The position numbers and the translations under genes are program-made. Shown here one piece after another: positions 29,338 through 38,420 of a DNA stretch of 64,000 nt (position 1 is its first letter; each line of letters begins with the position of its first letter). The notes below the pieces were generated by a model. It had not been told where the DNA came from. It saw only the letters and a program-made list of their open reading frames with translations, and searched no databases. This DNA comes from Chloroflexota bacterium (GTDB taxonomy: Bacteria > Chloroflexota > UBA11872 > VXOZ01): contig OY760183.1 of NCBI GenBank assembly GCA_963663275.1, forward strand, positions 1,216,001 through 1,280,000. Direction: 5' to 3'.

Positions 29338-29592
29338 GAAAGCGGAATTCCGTCTATGCGCTCAGGCCCGGCAAATGGGGCCGGCAACGCACTGCTTCTC
29401 CAGTAGCGCAGGTTTGCAACCTGCGCCCAGCCGCCGCGGCTACCGCCCGCAGTGCTGCCACTCTAGCACGGCGCTACGGCGCGTTCAAGGATGCGCGCGG
29501 AACGAAGAGCGCCCCAAACGGTCCTTGCGGCGCGGTGTACACTAAGGGAGCGGCCGTCACGCGCCTCTCGAAACTCATACCGGATTAGCCAC

Positions 29593-30372
29593 ATGCGCCT
29601 TGCTGTCCTGGCCGACATTCACGGCAACATCTATGCGTTGGAAGCGGTGCTGGCGGATTTGGAGCGGCAAGCGCCGGATATGGTGGTGGTGTTGGGGGAT
29701 AGCGTGGTGAAATTTCCGCACAACCGGGCGGTGTTGGACGCGCTGGACGGGTTGCCGCACGTGGGGATTGCCGGCAACATGGAGCGGTGTCTGCAATTAT
29801 TCCTGGGCTACGAGTGCGCGGAACTCTCGCGTTACGATTCCGGCGAAGGGAAGTTGTTCGTGATGCGGCGGGCGTTCGCTGAAGTTGGCGCGGCGCGGGC
29901 GGCGCGGTTTCGCGACCTGCCCAACGAGCGTTCTCTGTCACTGGTTGGGCGCCATGACGTGCTGTTGTGTCATGGCGCGCCCGGGCATTTGACGGACTCG
30001 ATCTATCCCGCGCCCGACGCCGCGCCGCCGGGTCCCAACCAACCGAGCACCACCGATAGCGAACTCCACGCCAAGCTGCGGGGCGTAACGGCAAGCCTCG
30101 TCCTCTGCGCCCACACCCACCGGCGGATCGAACGCCGCTATAATGGAATACTGGTGGTGAACCCCGGCGCGGTGGGGCACACCTACGAGCGCAAGCACGA
30201 CCCGCGCGCCGGTTACGCCATCTTGACCCATGATAGCGGCGCGTGGCAAGTGGATTTTCGCGCGGTACCTTTCGACGGCGAGCGTGCCGTACGAGAGATG
30301 CTGGCAACCGCGCCGCCGGAGGCCGCCGCCGCGCGCCGGTATCTGGAACGCATCGCGGCGTACGTTGTCTGA
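29593..30372 (+). CDS. Metallophosphoesterase (YfcE/calcineurin-like)
   Basis: ADIHGN, LGDSV, GNME, CHG, AHTH, NPGAVG. Confidence 0.92.
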   Translation: MRLAVLADIHGNIYALEAVLADLERQAPDMVVVLGDSVVKFPHNRAVLDALDGLPHVGIAGNMERCLQLFLGYECAELSRYDSGEGKLFVMRRAFAEVGAARAARFRDLPNERSLSLVGRHDVLLCHGAPGHLTDSIYPAPDAAPPGPNQPSTTDSELHAKLRGVTASLVLCAHTHRRIERRYNGILVVNPGAVGHTYERKHDPRAGYAILTHDSGAWQVDFRAVPFDGERAVREMLATAPPEAAAARRYLERIAAYVV

Positions 30373-30429
30373 GCGCCTGAGCCGGTTAGGTACTGCCTTG
30401 CCAGGCGTGCGGCGATGCTCGGCGTGTTT

Positions 30430-30487
30430 GGGCGGTTCGCGAACCGCCCCGACGGCTAGAGGCGTAGCGCGGGGGCTTGTCCCCCGC
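30430..30487. repeat. Two adjacent GTAG-class REPs
   Basis: GGGCGGTTCGCGAACCGCCC followed by GTAGCGCGGGGGCTTGTCCCCCGC. Confidence 0.8.
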
Positions 30488-30531
30488 TTCTTGGTGCAAA
30501 AAGCAAATCCATCTGAGGCAAGGCGCAAATC

Positions 30532-31863
30532 ATGCCCGTTACCCGCATCATTACCGACCTTGCAGAAGCGCGCAATACCGTGCTCAAGCGCACGCCGCTG
30601 GGTGACGAAGAACTGCCCGCGCCGGTGGCGGCGCGCATCCGGGAGGTCTTTGGCGCGGATCTTTCCGCCGGCGAGGTGGCGGACCGCATTCTGGCGGACG
30701 TGCGGGCCGAGGGCGACGCCGCTCTCCTGCGGTACATGCGGCACTTCGACGGCGCAGCGCCGGAACCGCTGGAGGTCACGCCCGCGGAGATTGCCGCGGC
30801 CCAGGACGAGGTCGATGACTCGCTGCTGCAGGTCTTGCAGCAAGCGGCGGCGCGCATCGGCGCGTATCACGAACGCCAGCGGCGCAACTCGTGGCTGGAT
30901 TTCGAGACCGGCCTCGGCGAGATGGTGCGGCCCTTGGAGCGCGTGGGCATCTATTCGCCGGGCACGGAGCGGGTCTATCCGTCGTCGGTGCTGATGTCGG
31001 TCGTGCCGGCGCTGGTGGCGGGCGTGGAGGAGATCATCCTGGCCACGCCGTGCCGCGCCGACGGCAGCGTGCATCCGCTCAAACTGGCGGCGGCGGCAAT
31101 CGCCGGGGTGCATCGGGTCTTCAGGATCAGCGGCGCGCAGGCCATTGCCGCGCTCGCGTGCGGCACCGCGCAGGTACCCAAGGTGGATAAGATCCTCGGC
31201 CCGGGCAATATCTTTGTAATCCTGGCAAAGCAGAGGGTCTACGGACAGGTGGGCATCGACCAGTTGCCCGGGCCGACGGAGACGCTCATCGTGGCGGACG
31301 CCGCGGCCGAGCCGGCGGAGGTGGCGGCTGATCTGCTCGCCCAGGCCGAGCACGATATGCTGGCAACGCCGCTTTTGATTACGGATTCCGCCGACCTGGC
31401 CGCCCGTGTCGAGCAGGAACTGGCGGCGCAACTGGCGGACTTGCCGCGCCAGGAAGAGGCCGCCTATTCGCTGCTGCACAACGGCGGCATCGTGGTAGCG
31501 CCCGATTTGGAAACGGCCATCGATGAAGCGAGCGAGTACGCGCCGGAGCATCTCTGCCTGCTGACCCGGGAGCCGTGGCAATGGGTGGGCAAGGTGCGCA
31601 ACGCCGGCGGCGTCTTCGTGGGCAGCGCCTCGCCGGAGGTGCTGGGCGACTACATCGCCGGCCCGAGCCACATCATGCCCGTGGGCGGCACGGCGCGATT
31701 TTCTTCCCCGCTTACCGTGCAGGAGTTCTATAAGAGCACGTCGATCGTGGCGCTTGATGCCAAGACGGCCGCGGCTATCGCCGAACCCGCCGCGCGCCTG
31801 GCCGAGGCGGAAGGTTTCGTGGCGCACGCCCGGGCGGCGCGCCGGCGGGCGCGCCCAACCTAG
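30532..31863 (+). CDS. hisD: Histidinol dehydrogenase
   Basis: GAQAIAALA, KILGPGN, LAQAEHD, APEHL, GDYIAGPSHIMP. Confidence 0.97.
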   Translation: MPVTRIITDLAEARNTVLKRTPLGDEELPAPVAARIREVFGADLSAGEVADRILADVRAEGDAALLRYMRHFDGAAPEPLEVTPAEIAAAQDEVDDSLLQVLQQAAARIGAYHERQRRNSWLDFETGLGEMVRPLERVGIYSPGTERVYPSSVLMSVVPALVAGVEEIILATPCRADGSVHPLKLAAAAIAGVHRVFRISGAQAIAALACGTAQVPKVDKILGPGNIFVILAKQRVYGQVGIDQLPGPTETLIVADAAAEPAEVAADLLAQAEHDMLATPLLITDSADLAARVEQELAAQLADLPRQEEAAYSLLHNGGIVVAPDLETAIDEASEYAPEHLCLLTREPWQWVGKVRNAGGVFVGSASPEVLGDYIAGPSHIMPVGGTARFSSPLTVQEFYKSTSIVALDAKTAAAIAEPAARLAEAEGFVAHARAARRRARPT

Positions 31864-31953
31864 AGGGGGCCTTGCGCAACGAAACCTGACAGGCGAGAAG
31901 TTTCCCTCTCCCTTCGAAGACCGTTGTGGTACCGGAGTCGGCGTGCAATGAAA

Positions 31954-32079
31954 CTCCCTCTCCTGGGGGAGAGGGCCGGGGTGAGGGGAAAACCTCGTTG
32001 GTTCCGAACCGTTTCGCAAGACTTGGGTATGAGTCGCCACATAATCTCCCCTCACCCTAACCCTCTCCCCAGGGAGAGG
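31954..32079. repeat. Inverted pair of CCCTCACCC..CCCTCTCCC-N-GGGAGAGGG repeats
   Basis: Copies at 31954-31988 and 32048-32079; the second is the target of MITE A. Confidence 0.85.
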
Positions 32080-32225
32080 CTGACAGGGGTAGGCACGTGT
32101 CATTCCGAGCGGAGCGCAGCGGAGAGAGGAATCTAAGGCTTTCGCTGCAAAAACGTCGGTTCTAGATTCCTCGCTCCGCTCGGAATGACACGTGAAGTCG
32201 GATGTACAATGCCTACCCCTGTCAG
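32080..32225 (+). mobile_element. MITE family A, copy 4, with perfect 11-bp TSD CCAGGGAGAGG and inverted core
   Basis: TSD at 32069-32079 and 32226-32236; TIR CTGACAGGGGTAGGCA...TGCCTACCCCTGTCAG. Confidence 0.93.
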
Positions 32226-32520
32226 CCAGGGAGAGGGGATAAGACGCGCGCTGGGCTTCGTCTGCTCCCCCTACAATTGCGCAAAGGACTTCCCAGTGGG
32301 AGGGAACTTTACGCCTCTCAGCGGGGTTGCGCAAAGGTCTCCTGAGCGCCACCGCCCCCAGGGATACGGCCAAACCGAGAGAGCGCTCGCTCGCGGCGTG
32401 CGGCGCTGCCGTCTTGCGTAAGGGGCGCAACCCGTCATCGCCACGGTTCATGTTTGCGCCGGCCGCCCGGCAGTAGCGCGGCACTTTTTCAATCCAGAAT
32501 TACGCGGCCTTGTCTGGGCT

Positions 32521-32560
32521 ACTCACGTAGGGGCACGACATGTCGTGCCCCTACGTGAGT
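32521..32560. repeat. GTAG REP palindrome extended to 40 bp
   Basis: ACTCAC-GTAGGGGCACGACATGTCGTGCCCCTAC-GTGAGT. Confidence 0.92.
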
Positions 32561-32674
32561 GCGGGCGTGCGCGCAAGGACGCCGCGCCGCCTCCCTACTT
32601 GTGGCTGCGCCTACAGAGTACGTATCATAGGTACATGCGTTGAAAACCGCCAGAAAACGGAATTGAGGTCTGCC

Positions 32675-33142
32675 ATGCGCGTGATAACCCTGAAGCCCCA
32701 GCCGCTTACGCCGGAGAGTTTTGCGCCTTTTGGAAGAATCCTGGATGCGGAGCGCACTGAGATCGTCTGCACGGACGGCGTGCTCACGGCGCGCATTACC
32801 CACGCGCCGCTGCGCGACTTCGACGAACTGCGCCCGGACTTCCTCAACCGCCACATGGAAGAGACGCAAATCTTCGTGCCGCTGGGCGGGAAGGACGGCC
32901 TCTTCTTCGTCGCGCCGCCCAGCGAGACGCCGGAGTCGTTCGATCCGGAAACGGCGGCGCTCTTCCACTTTCCGGGCGACCGCGCGATCCAGATGCACGT
33001 GGGCACCTGGCACGTGGCGCCGTTCGCCGTGACCGAGCCGATCGACTACATCAATATCCAGGGCGACCAGGTGCGCAATTACACCGATGGCTACGACTTC
33101 AAGGAGCGCGACAACCTGGTCTTTCAGTTCGATCTGGGCTAG
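32675..33142 (+). CDS. Ureidoglycolate lyase (AllA)-like cupin
   Basis: PLTPESFAPFG, RH...TQ.F.PL, GTWH..P motifs. Confidence 0.75.
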   Translation: MRVITLKPQPLTPESFAPFGRILDAERTEIVCTDGVLTARITHAPLRDFDELRPDFLNRHMEETQIFVPLGGKDGLFFVAPPSETPESFDPETAALFHFPGDRAIQMHVGTWHVAPFAVTEPIDYINIQGDQVRNYTDGYDFKERDNLVFQFDLG

Positions 33143-33160
33143 GCCGGCGCGGAAACTGAG

Positions 33161-33285
33161 CCGTCATTACCGCGAAAGTGCGCAGCGCGCAATCCGTCAT
33201 TCCGGCGGAAGCCGGAATCCATCTCTGCGCATGCGCCCTGGATTCCGGCGAAAGCTGGAATGACAGAAACGAACGGGAACGACAC
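33161..33285. repeat. CGTC-type REP doublet (33195-33264) with degenerate copies of each terminus outside it
   Basis: CCGTCATTACCGCGAAAG 33 bp upstream; GGAACGACA 19 bp downstream of GGAATGACA. Confidence 0.8.
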
Positions 33286-33358
33286 CTCATGCCACCGTGC
33301 CCGCTCCTGACGCGCGGCGTGGAATGCATCCAGAGAATCGCATAGAAGAAAATCGCTC

Positions 33359-33952
33359 ATGACACGCACGGGACAGCACACGCGCCGCACCCACGAGACC
33401 GACGTGGCCGTGAAGATTACGCTGGACGGCAGCGGCAAGGCCGAGATCGCCACCGGCATCGGCATGTTGGACCACATGCTGCGCCAACTCAGCACGCACG
33501 GCCTCTTCGATCTGGACGTGCAAGCCAGCGGCGACCTGGAGGTGGACTCGCATCACACCGTGGAAGACGTGGCCATCTGCCTGGGGCGCGCGCTGGACGC
33601 GGCGCTGGGCGACAAGGCCGGCATCACCCGCATGGGCTGGGCGATCGTGCCGCTGGATGAAGCCTTGGCGTTGGTTTCCGTAGACCTGAGCGGGCGCGGG
33701 GCCGCTGCGGTGGACGTGCCGCTCACCGGCTATAAGCTGGGCGCGCTGCAAAGCGAGATGATTAGCCACTTTCTGGATACGTTCGCCGTGCAGGGGCATT
33801 TCACGCTCCACGCGCGCCTGCTGGCCGGCGCAAACGACCACCACAAGGCCGAGGCGGTCTTCAAAGCCCTCGCCCGCGCGCTGTCACAGGCCGTCCAGCC
33901 CGACCCCCGCCGCGGGCAGTCCGCGCCCAGCAGCAAGGGATCGCTGGAATAA
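33359..33952 (+). CDS. hisB: Imidazoleglycerol-phosphate dehydratase
   Basis: R.THETD, TGIGMLDHML, DSHHTVED, NDHHKAEAVFKA, PSSKG. Confidence 0.97.
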   Translation: MTRTGQHTRRTHETDVAVKITLDGSGKAEIATGIGMLDHMLRQLSTHGLFDLDVQASGDLEVDSHHTVEDVAICLGRALDAALGDKAGITRMGWAIVPLDEALALVSVDLSGRGAAAVDVPLTGYKLGALQSEMISHFLDTFAVQGHFTLHARLLAGANDHHKAEAVFKALARALSQAVQPDPRRGQSAPSSKGSLE

Positions 33953-33986
33953 CCGGTTTGTGCGCGTCCTCATTGGAGGGGACGAG

Positions 33987-35054
33987 ATGATACGCAAGTT
34001 TTCCGCACGAAACTTCCGCTGTTTCCGAGATTTCGAGATTGAGCCGCTCGCGCGCGTCAACCTCATTGTGGGTGAAAGCAACGTTGGCAAGACGGCTTTG
34101 CTGGAAGGAGTCTTCATTCTTTGCGGGCCGAATAGTCCGGACTTTTCGTTCACAGTAAACTTCGTACGACGTGCTATTGACAGCGATGAGAGCTCATGGA
34201 AAGCGCTAGAGTGGCTCTTCCATGAGACGCAAACCGCTGCCCCTGCTGAACTCACGAGTGTCGATGTCCAGCAGGAAAAGCGCAGGTTACGCATTTGTCT
34301 GGATGAGCCCGCCGAACGTGCATTGGCTCCTGCTGGATCAGGCGGCAACTATCAAAGTCAGGCGAAGGGTAGCGCAGTATTGAAGAGGTTCAAGGAATTG
34401 GCTCTGACGTATACGGACCATGAGGGTAGGGAATTTCTTTCCCGCGCGGTCAAGACACCTGAAGGCATAAAAGCATCCTCGGCCAAAGTCGATGCTCGGC
34501 CCCCCGTTTGGTACGTACATACGCAAGGGCCACTCTCGGATGATCATGCCCGGTTCTTCAGTGACTTGGCAGAAGCAGGCAGGGAAAACGAACTCCTGTC
34601 GCCGCTCAAGGTGATTGATCCGCGCTTCAAGCGAATTGCACTTCTATATCCGACGGATGGGCCGATGCTATACGCCGACATCGGACTTGAAATCCTCGTG
34701 CCTTTGCCATACATGGGTAGCGGTGTCACAAATCTGCTCTCCTGGCTATTGGCAATTAAGGCGGCTGAGAACGGCACGGTGCTCATCGATGAATTTGAAA
34801 ACGGCTTGCACTACTCGGCCCTGGTTGACGTCTGGAAAGCAGTTTACGCGGCGGCACGGGATTCCAATGTGCAAGTTTTTGCCACGACGCATAGCTGGGA
34901 GTGCGTGATAGCGGCGCAGAACGCTTTTGCGGAGTGTGGTGATGATGAGTTCCGCCTGCACCGCCTGGAGCGCAGGGATGGTGAGGTGGTTGCGATTACG
35001 TATGACAGAGAGCAATTGGACGCTGCGATGAAATTCAATTTCGAGGTGCGTTAG
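33987..35054 (+). CDS. ABC-type AAA ATPase (AAA_15/AAA_21-like)
   Basis: NFRCF, Walker A GESNVGKT, signature MGSG, Walker B LIDEFENGLH, TTHS. Confidence 0.9.
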   Translation: MIRKFSARNFRCFRDFEIEPLARVNLIVGESNVGKTALLEGVFILCGPNSPDFSFTVNFVRRAIDSDESSWKALEWLFHETQTAAPAELTSVDVQQEKRRLRICLDEPAERALAPAGSGGNYQSQAKGSAVLKRFKELALTYTDHEGREFLSRAVKTPEGIKASSAKVDARPPVWYVHTQGPLSDDHARFFSDLAEAGRENELLSPLKVIDPRFKRIALLYPTDGPMLYADIGLEILVPLPYMGSGVTNLLSWLLAIKAAENGTVLIDEFENGLHYSALVDVWKAVYAAARDSNVQVFATTHSWECVIAAQNAFAECGDDEFRLHRLERRDGEVVAITYDREQLDAAMKFNFEVR

Positions 35055-35686
35055 TGGCCATATCGCGACAGGACAGCGAAAACCACGTGCAGATTGAAGC
35101 GCCCAAGATGCTCTTGGTAGAAGGGGACAGCGACCGCCGATTCTTCGAAGCTCTGCTTGGGAAACTCTCTACTACCGAAATCGTTCAAGTCGAACCTTAC
35201 GGAGGAAAGAGCGGACTCAGGCAATTCCTGCGCTTGCTGCAAGTCAGCCCAGACTACTCAAAGCTAGACTCAATCGGCGTCACACGCGACGCGGATTGTT
35301 CGTCGGCTTCCGCGTTTCAGTCGGTCCACGACTTGCTCACGAGCGCCGGGCTGGACGCGCCGGCTGAGCCGATTACGCCAACCCAGAGCAAGCCGCGTGT
35401 TTCGGTCTTTATCCTTCCCGATTGTGAGAGCCCCGGAATGCTTGAAACGCTCTGCCTTCGTGCCGTGCAGGGAGATCCGGCAATGGAGTGCGTGAAGCAG
35501 TATCTACGATGCCTTAAAGAGACAGCCGGTATGCCCCCAAAGAACCGTGATAAAGCGCGCGCTCACGCGTTCCTGGCATCCCGCGAACGGCCTGAGTTAC
35601 GTGTGGGCGAAGCGGCGGAGGCCGGTTACTGGCAATTGGATGCGCCGGTTTTCGCGCCGCTGCATAGCTTTCTGCTGGCGCTGTGA
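35054..35686 (+). CDS. DUF3226-like TOPRIM-fold protein
   Basis: LVEGDSD, TRDAD (DxD), FILPD...GMLETLC; TAGTG overlap with the ATPase. Confidence 0.8.
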   Translation: MAISRQDSENHVQIEAPKMLLVEGDSDRRFFEALLGKLSTTEIVQVEPYGGKSGLRQFLRLLQVSPDYSKLDSIGVTRDADCSSASAFQSVHDLLTSAGLDAPAEPITPTQSKPRVSVFILPDCESPGMLETLCLRAVQGDPAMECVKQYLRCLKETAGMPPKNRDKARAHAFLASRERPELRVGEAAEAGYWQLDAPVFAPLHSFLLAL

Positions 35687-35699
35687 CAGAGGCGTAGTC

Positions 35700-37016
35700 A
35701 TGAGTAGGGAGGAACATCCGGAGGCGGCACGTGACGTTCCTCGAGCCGCTGCAGCCGATGGCAGCGTTCAGCACGGGCGCGGGGAGTTTCCGGCGGGAAA
35801 GCCCGCCGTTCCTGACCCCTTGCCCAGCACGCTCTTGCCCCGCGAGTCGATGGCAAAACGCTGGTTGCGGCGCGGGGTGTTGCGGTTGCTGGGCTTCTTT
35901 CGCCCGTACCGTTTTCCCGCTTCTCGCATAGAGCGCATCTTGGTCATTCGCCCCGATCACATTGGCGACGTGCTGCTTGTCACGCCGGCGTTGCGTTTGT
36001 TGCGGCAGGCGTTTCCGGAGAGCGAGATTACGGCGCTGGTGGGTCCGTGGGCGGAAGCTGTATTGGAGAACAACCGGGACATAGACCGGCTCGAGACCTG
36101 CCGCTTTCCGGGCTTCGAGCGCGGCCGGCCGCGGGCCGGCCTGCGGGCGTATGCGCAATTGTGGGAAGAAGCCGGGCGCTTGCGCGGCGAAGAATACCAG
36201 CTTGCCCTCAATCTGCGCGATGACTTCTGGTGGGGCGCGGCGCTGGCGGCGTTCGGCGGCATTCCCTACGTGTGGGGTTTCGACACGCCGGAGTGCGCGC
36301 CGTTCCTGACCCACGCGCTGCCGCTGCGCCATGATGAACATCAGGCGGCGGCCAATCTGCGCGTGGCGCGGGCCGCGGCGGGCGTGGGCGAAGACGTTGG
36401 GGATGTCGGCACGCGCCTGCAATTCGAGTATACACGGGACGACGAGCAGCAAGCCGATGAACTTCTGCGGCGCGCCGGGGTACCTGCCACTGCCACGCTT
36501 GTCGCCATTCATCCCGGTTCCGGCGCGGCGGTCAAGAATTGGCCGGCCGCCGGCTGGCACGCCGTAGGGAACGCCCTGGCGGAAGACCCTAGCGTGTGTT
36601 TTGTCGTCACGTCCGGTCCTACGGAGCGGGAACTCGCCCAGGAAGTCGCCGCCGGTCTGCCGCAAGAGCGCACTCGCCTGGCCGGTGAAACCACGCTTGG
36701 CGTGTTGGCGGCGCTCTACGCCCGCTGCGCGCTGGTGCTGGGGCCGGACTCCGGCCCGCTGCACCTGGCGGTGGCGGTCGGCGCGCCGTCGGTAACGCTC
36801 TACGGCGCCAGCGATCCCGCGCGGTTTGGGCCGTGGGGGCCTGCCGAGAAACATCGAACCGTAGTCTCTTCGATTCCTTGCCGTCACTGCGGGTATCTGG
36901 CGTTGCCCGCTGCGGACCTGCCGCGCCACCCGTGCATGGCGTTCATCGAACCGGCTGCGGTAACGGCGGCGGCGCAAGAGTTGCTAGCGCGGCCGGTTGA
37001 AAGCGTGCCGCTGTGA
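35700..37016 (+). CDS. Glycosyltransferase family 9 (heptosyltransferase-like)
   Basis: ILVIRPDHIGDVLL.TP, IHPGSG...KNWP, DSGPLHLA.A.G; alternative start ~35850. Confidence 0.92.
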   Translation: MSREEHPEAARDVPRAAAADGSVQHGRGEFPAGKPAVPDPLPSTLLPRESMAKRWLRRGVLRLLGFFRPYRFPASRIERILVIRPDHIGDVLLVTPALRLLRQAFPESEITALVGPWAEAVLENNRDIDRLETCRFPGFERGRPRAGLRAYAQLWEEAGRLRGEEYQLALNLRDDFWWGAALAAFGGIPYVWGFDTPECAPFLTHALPLRHDEHQAAANLRVARAAAGVGEDVGDVGTRLQFEYTRDDEQQADELLRRAGVPATATLVAIHPGSGAAVKNWPAAGWHAVGNALAEDPSVCFVVTSGPTERELAQEVAAGLPQERTRLAGETTLGVLAALYARCALVLGPDSGPLHLAVAVGAPSVTLYGASDPARFGPWGPAEKHRTVVSSIPCRHCGYLALPAADLPRHPCMAFIEPAAVTAAAQELLARPVESVPL

Positions 37017-38194
37017 GCGCGTCGCTGAAGCACGTTGCGCGCCGCACCGCCGGGGTGGCGCTGTGGCTGGCCTGCGCCGCCTTGGCCTTGGTTGCCCGAT
37101 TCCGGCACGGGAGCAAGCCCTATCAGCCGGAGAACGTCGAAAGAATCCTCATCATCCGGCTCGATCTCATCGGCGACCTCCTCTTCTCCATTCCGGCCAT
37201 CCGCAACACCCGGCGGCGGTTCCCAGATGCGCTGCTGGACGTGCTCGTTACGCCCAACACGGCGCCGCTGCTTGCGGAGTGCCCGTACGTTGACCGCGTT
37301 CATACCCTCGACGCGCATACGCTCACCCACTTCCCCGGCATTTTCTCTCCAAACCGGTGGCGGCAAGCCTGGCGGCTCATCCGCGCCTTGCGCGCGCGGC
37401 GTTACGACCTTTGCCTCAGCCTCTACGGCGCGCCCGCGGCAACTATCAGCCTGCTCAGCGGCGCGCCGCACCGGGCGGGATTTGCCGACGAAGCGCCGCC
37501 GGGTTCTTTCTCACTGAAGGTGGCGGGCAGCCGTTTGCCCCAAGACCGCCATGAGGCGCATTGCGCCCTGGCGGTGGCGCAGGCGGCGGGCGCTGCCACT
37601 ACGCCCGACCGCATGGAAGCCTGGGTGAGCGCGGCGGATCGCACCTGGGCGGAAGCGACGTTGCCTACGGCAAGCGGCGCGCTCTGGGTAGCCTGCGGAC
37701 ACGGCGCGCGCAACGGCTATGCCAAACGCTGGCCGCGGCGCCATTGGGTTGCGCTCATCGACCAACTCCATCAGGCTGGTTATCGCGCGGTGCTGGTCGG
37801 CGGGCCGGATGAAGCGGATGAGGCGGCGCGGATTGTCCAGGCTTGTAAGAAACCGCCGCTGGCGCTCACCGGCAAGACCACGCTGGGGCAACTGGCCGCC
37901 GTGCTCGCCCACTGCGCGCTCATGATCGGCAGCGACAGCGGGCCGCTGCACCTGGCCGCGGCCTTGGGCACGCGCGTCGTCGGCCTCTACGGGCCTACAA
38001 GCTGGGTGCGCTACGGGCCGTTCGGCCAACCCGACGGCGTGCGCCGGCATCCGATATTTTGCAGTCCGTGTTACCGCCCGGAAACCGGACAGCCGGCCAC
38101 GTGCCGTTACGGCACGGTGGAATGCATGGAGAAGCTTGAGCCGCGTCAGGTGTTGGCGGGCGTGCCGGCTGCAAAGGGGGATGCGGCACAGTAG
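37013..38194 (+). CDS. Glycosyltransferase family 9 (heptosyltransferase-like)
   Basis: ILIIRLDLIGD, KRWP, GKTTL, DSGPLHLAAALG, C.PC motif. Confidence 0.92.
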   Translation: MSASLKHVARRTAGVALWLACAALALVARFRHGSKPYQPENVERILIIRLDLIGDLLFSIPAIRNTRRRFPDALLDVLVTPNTAPLLAECPYVDRVHTLDAHTLTHFPGIFSPNRWRQAWRLIRALRARRYDLCLSLYGAPAATISLLSGAPHRAGFADEAPPGSFSLKVAGSRLPQDRHEAHCALAVAQAAGAATTPDRMEAWVSAADRTWAEATLPTASGALWVACGHGARNGYAKRWPRRHWVALIDQLHQAGYRAVLVGGPDEADEAARIVQACKKPPLALTGKTTLGQLAAVLAHCALMIGSDSGPLHLAAALGTRVVGLYGPTSWVRYGPFGQPDGVRRHPIFCSPCYRPETGQPATCRYGTVECMEKLEPRQVLAGVPAAKGDAAQ

Positions 38195-38222
38195 AATAGG
38201 TACGGGGCGTGCGCCCGGCGCG

Positions 38223-38328
38223 GAGCGCAGGTTTGAAACCTGTGCTACCGGAACGTAACGCCTGACGCTTTGGCATCTTGGCACGCAAGAGGGGCGCAAT
38301 TCCTGTAGCGCGGGGGCTCGTCCCCCGC
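38223..38328. repeat. Two GTAG-class REPs
   Basis: GAGCGCAGGTTTGAAACCTGTGCTAC and GTAGCGCGGGGGCTCGTCCCCCGC. Confidence 0.75.
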
Positions 38329-38420
38329 CTCTTGGGGGTCGGAAACAGGCGGACATTCGCCCCAGCAAGACAGACAGTTGTGCAGTGAAAAGCAGCGAAC
38401 CATAAGGAGAGAACAGGATC

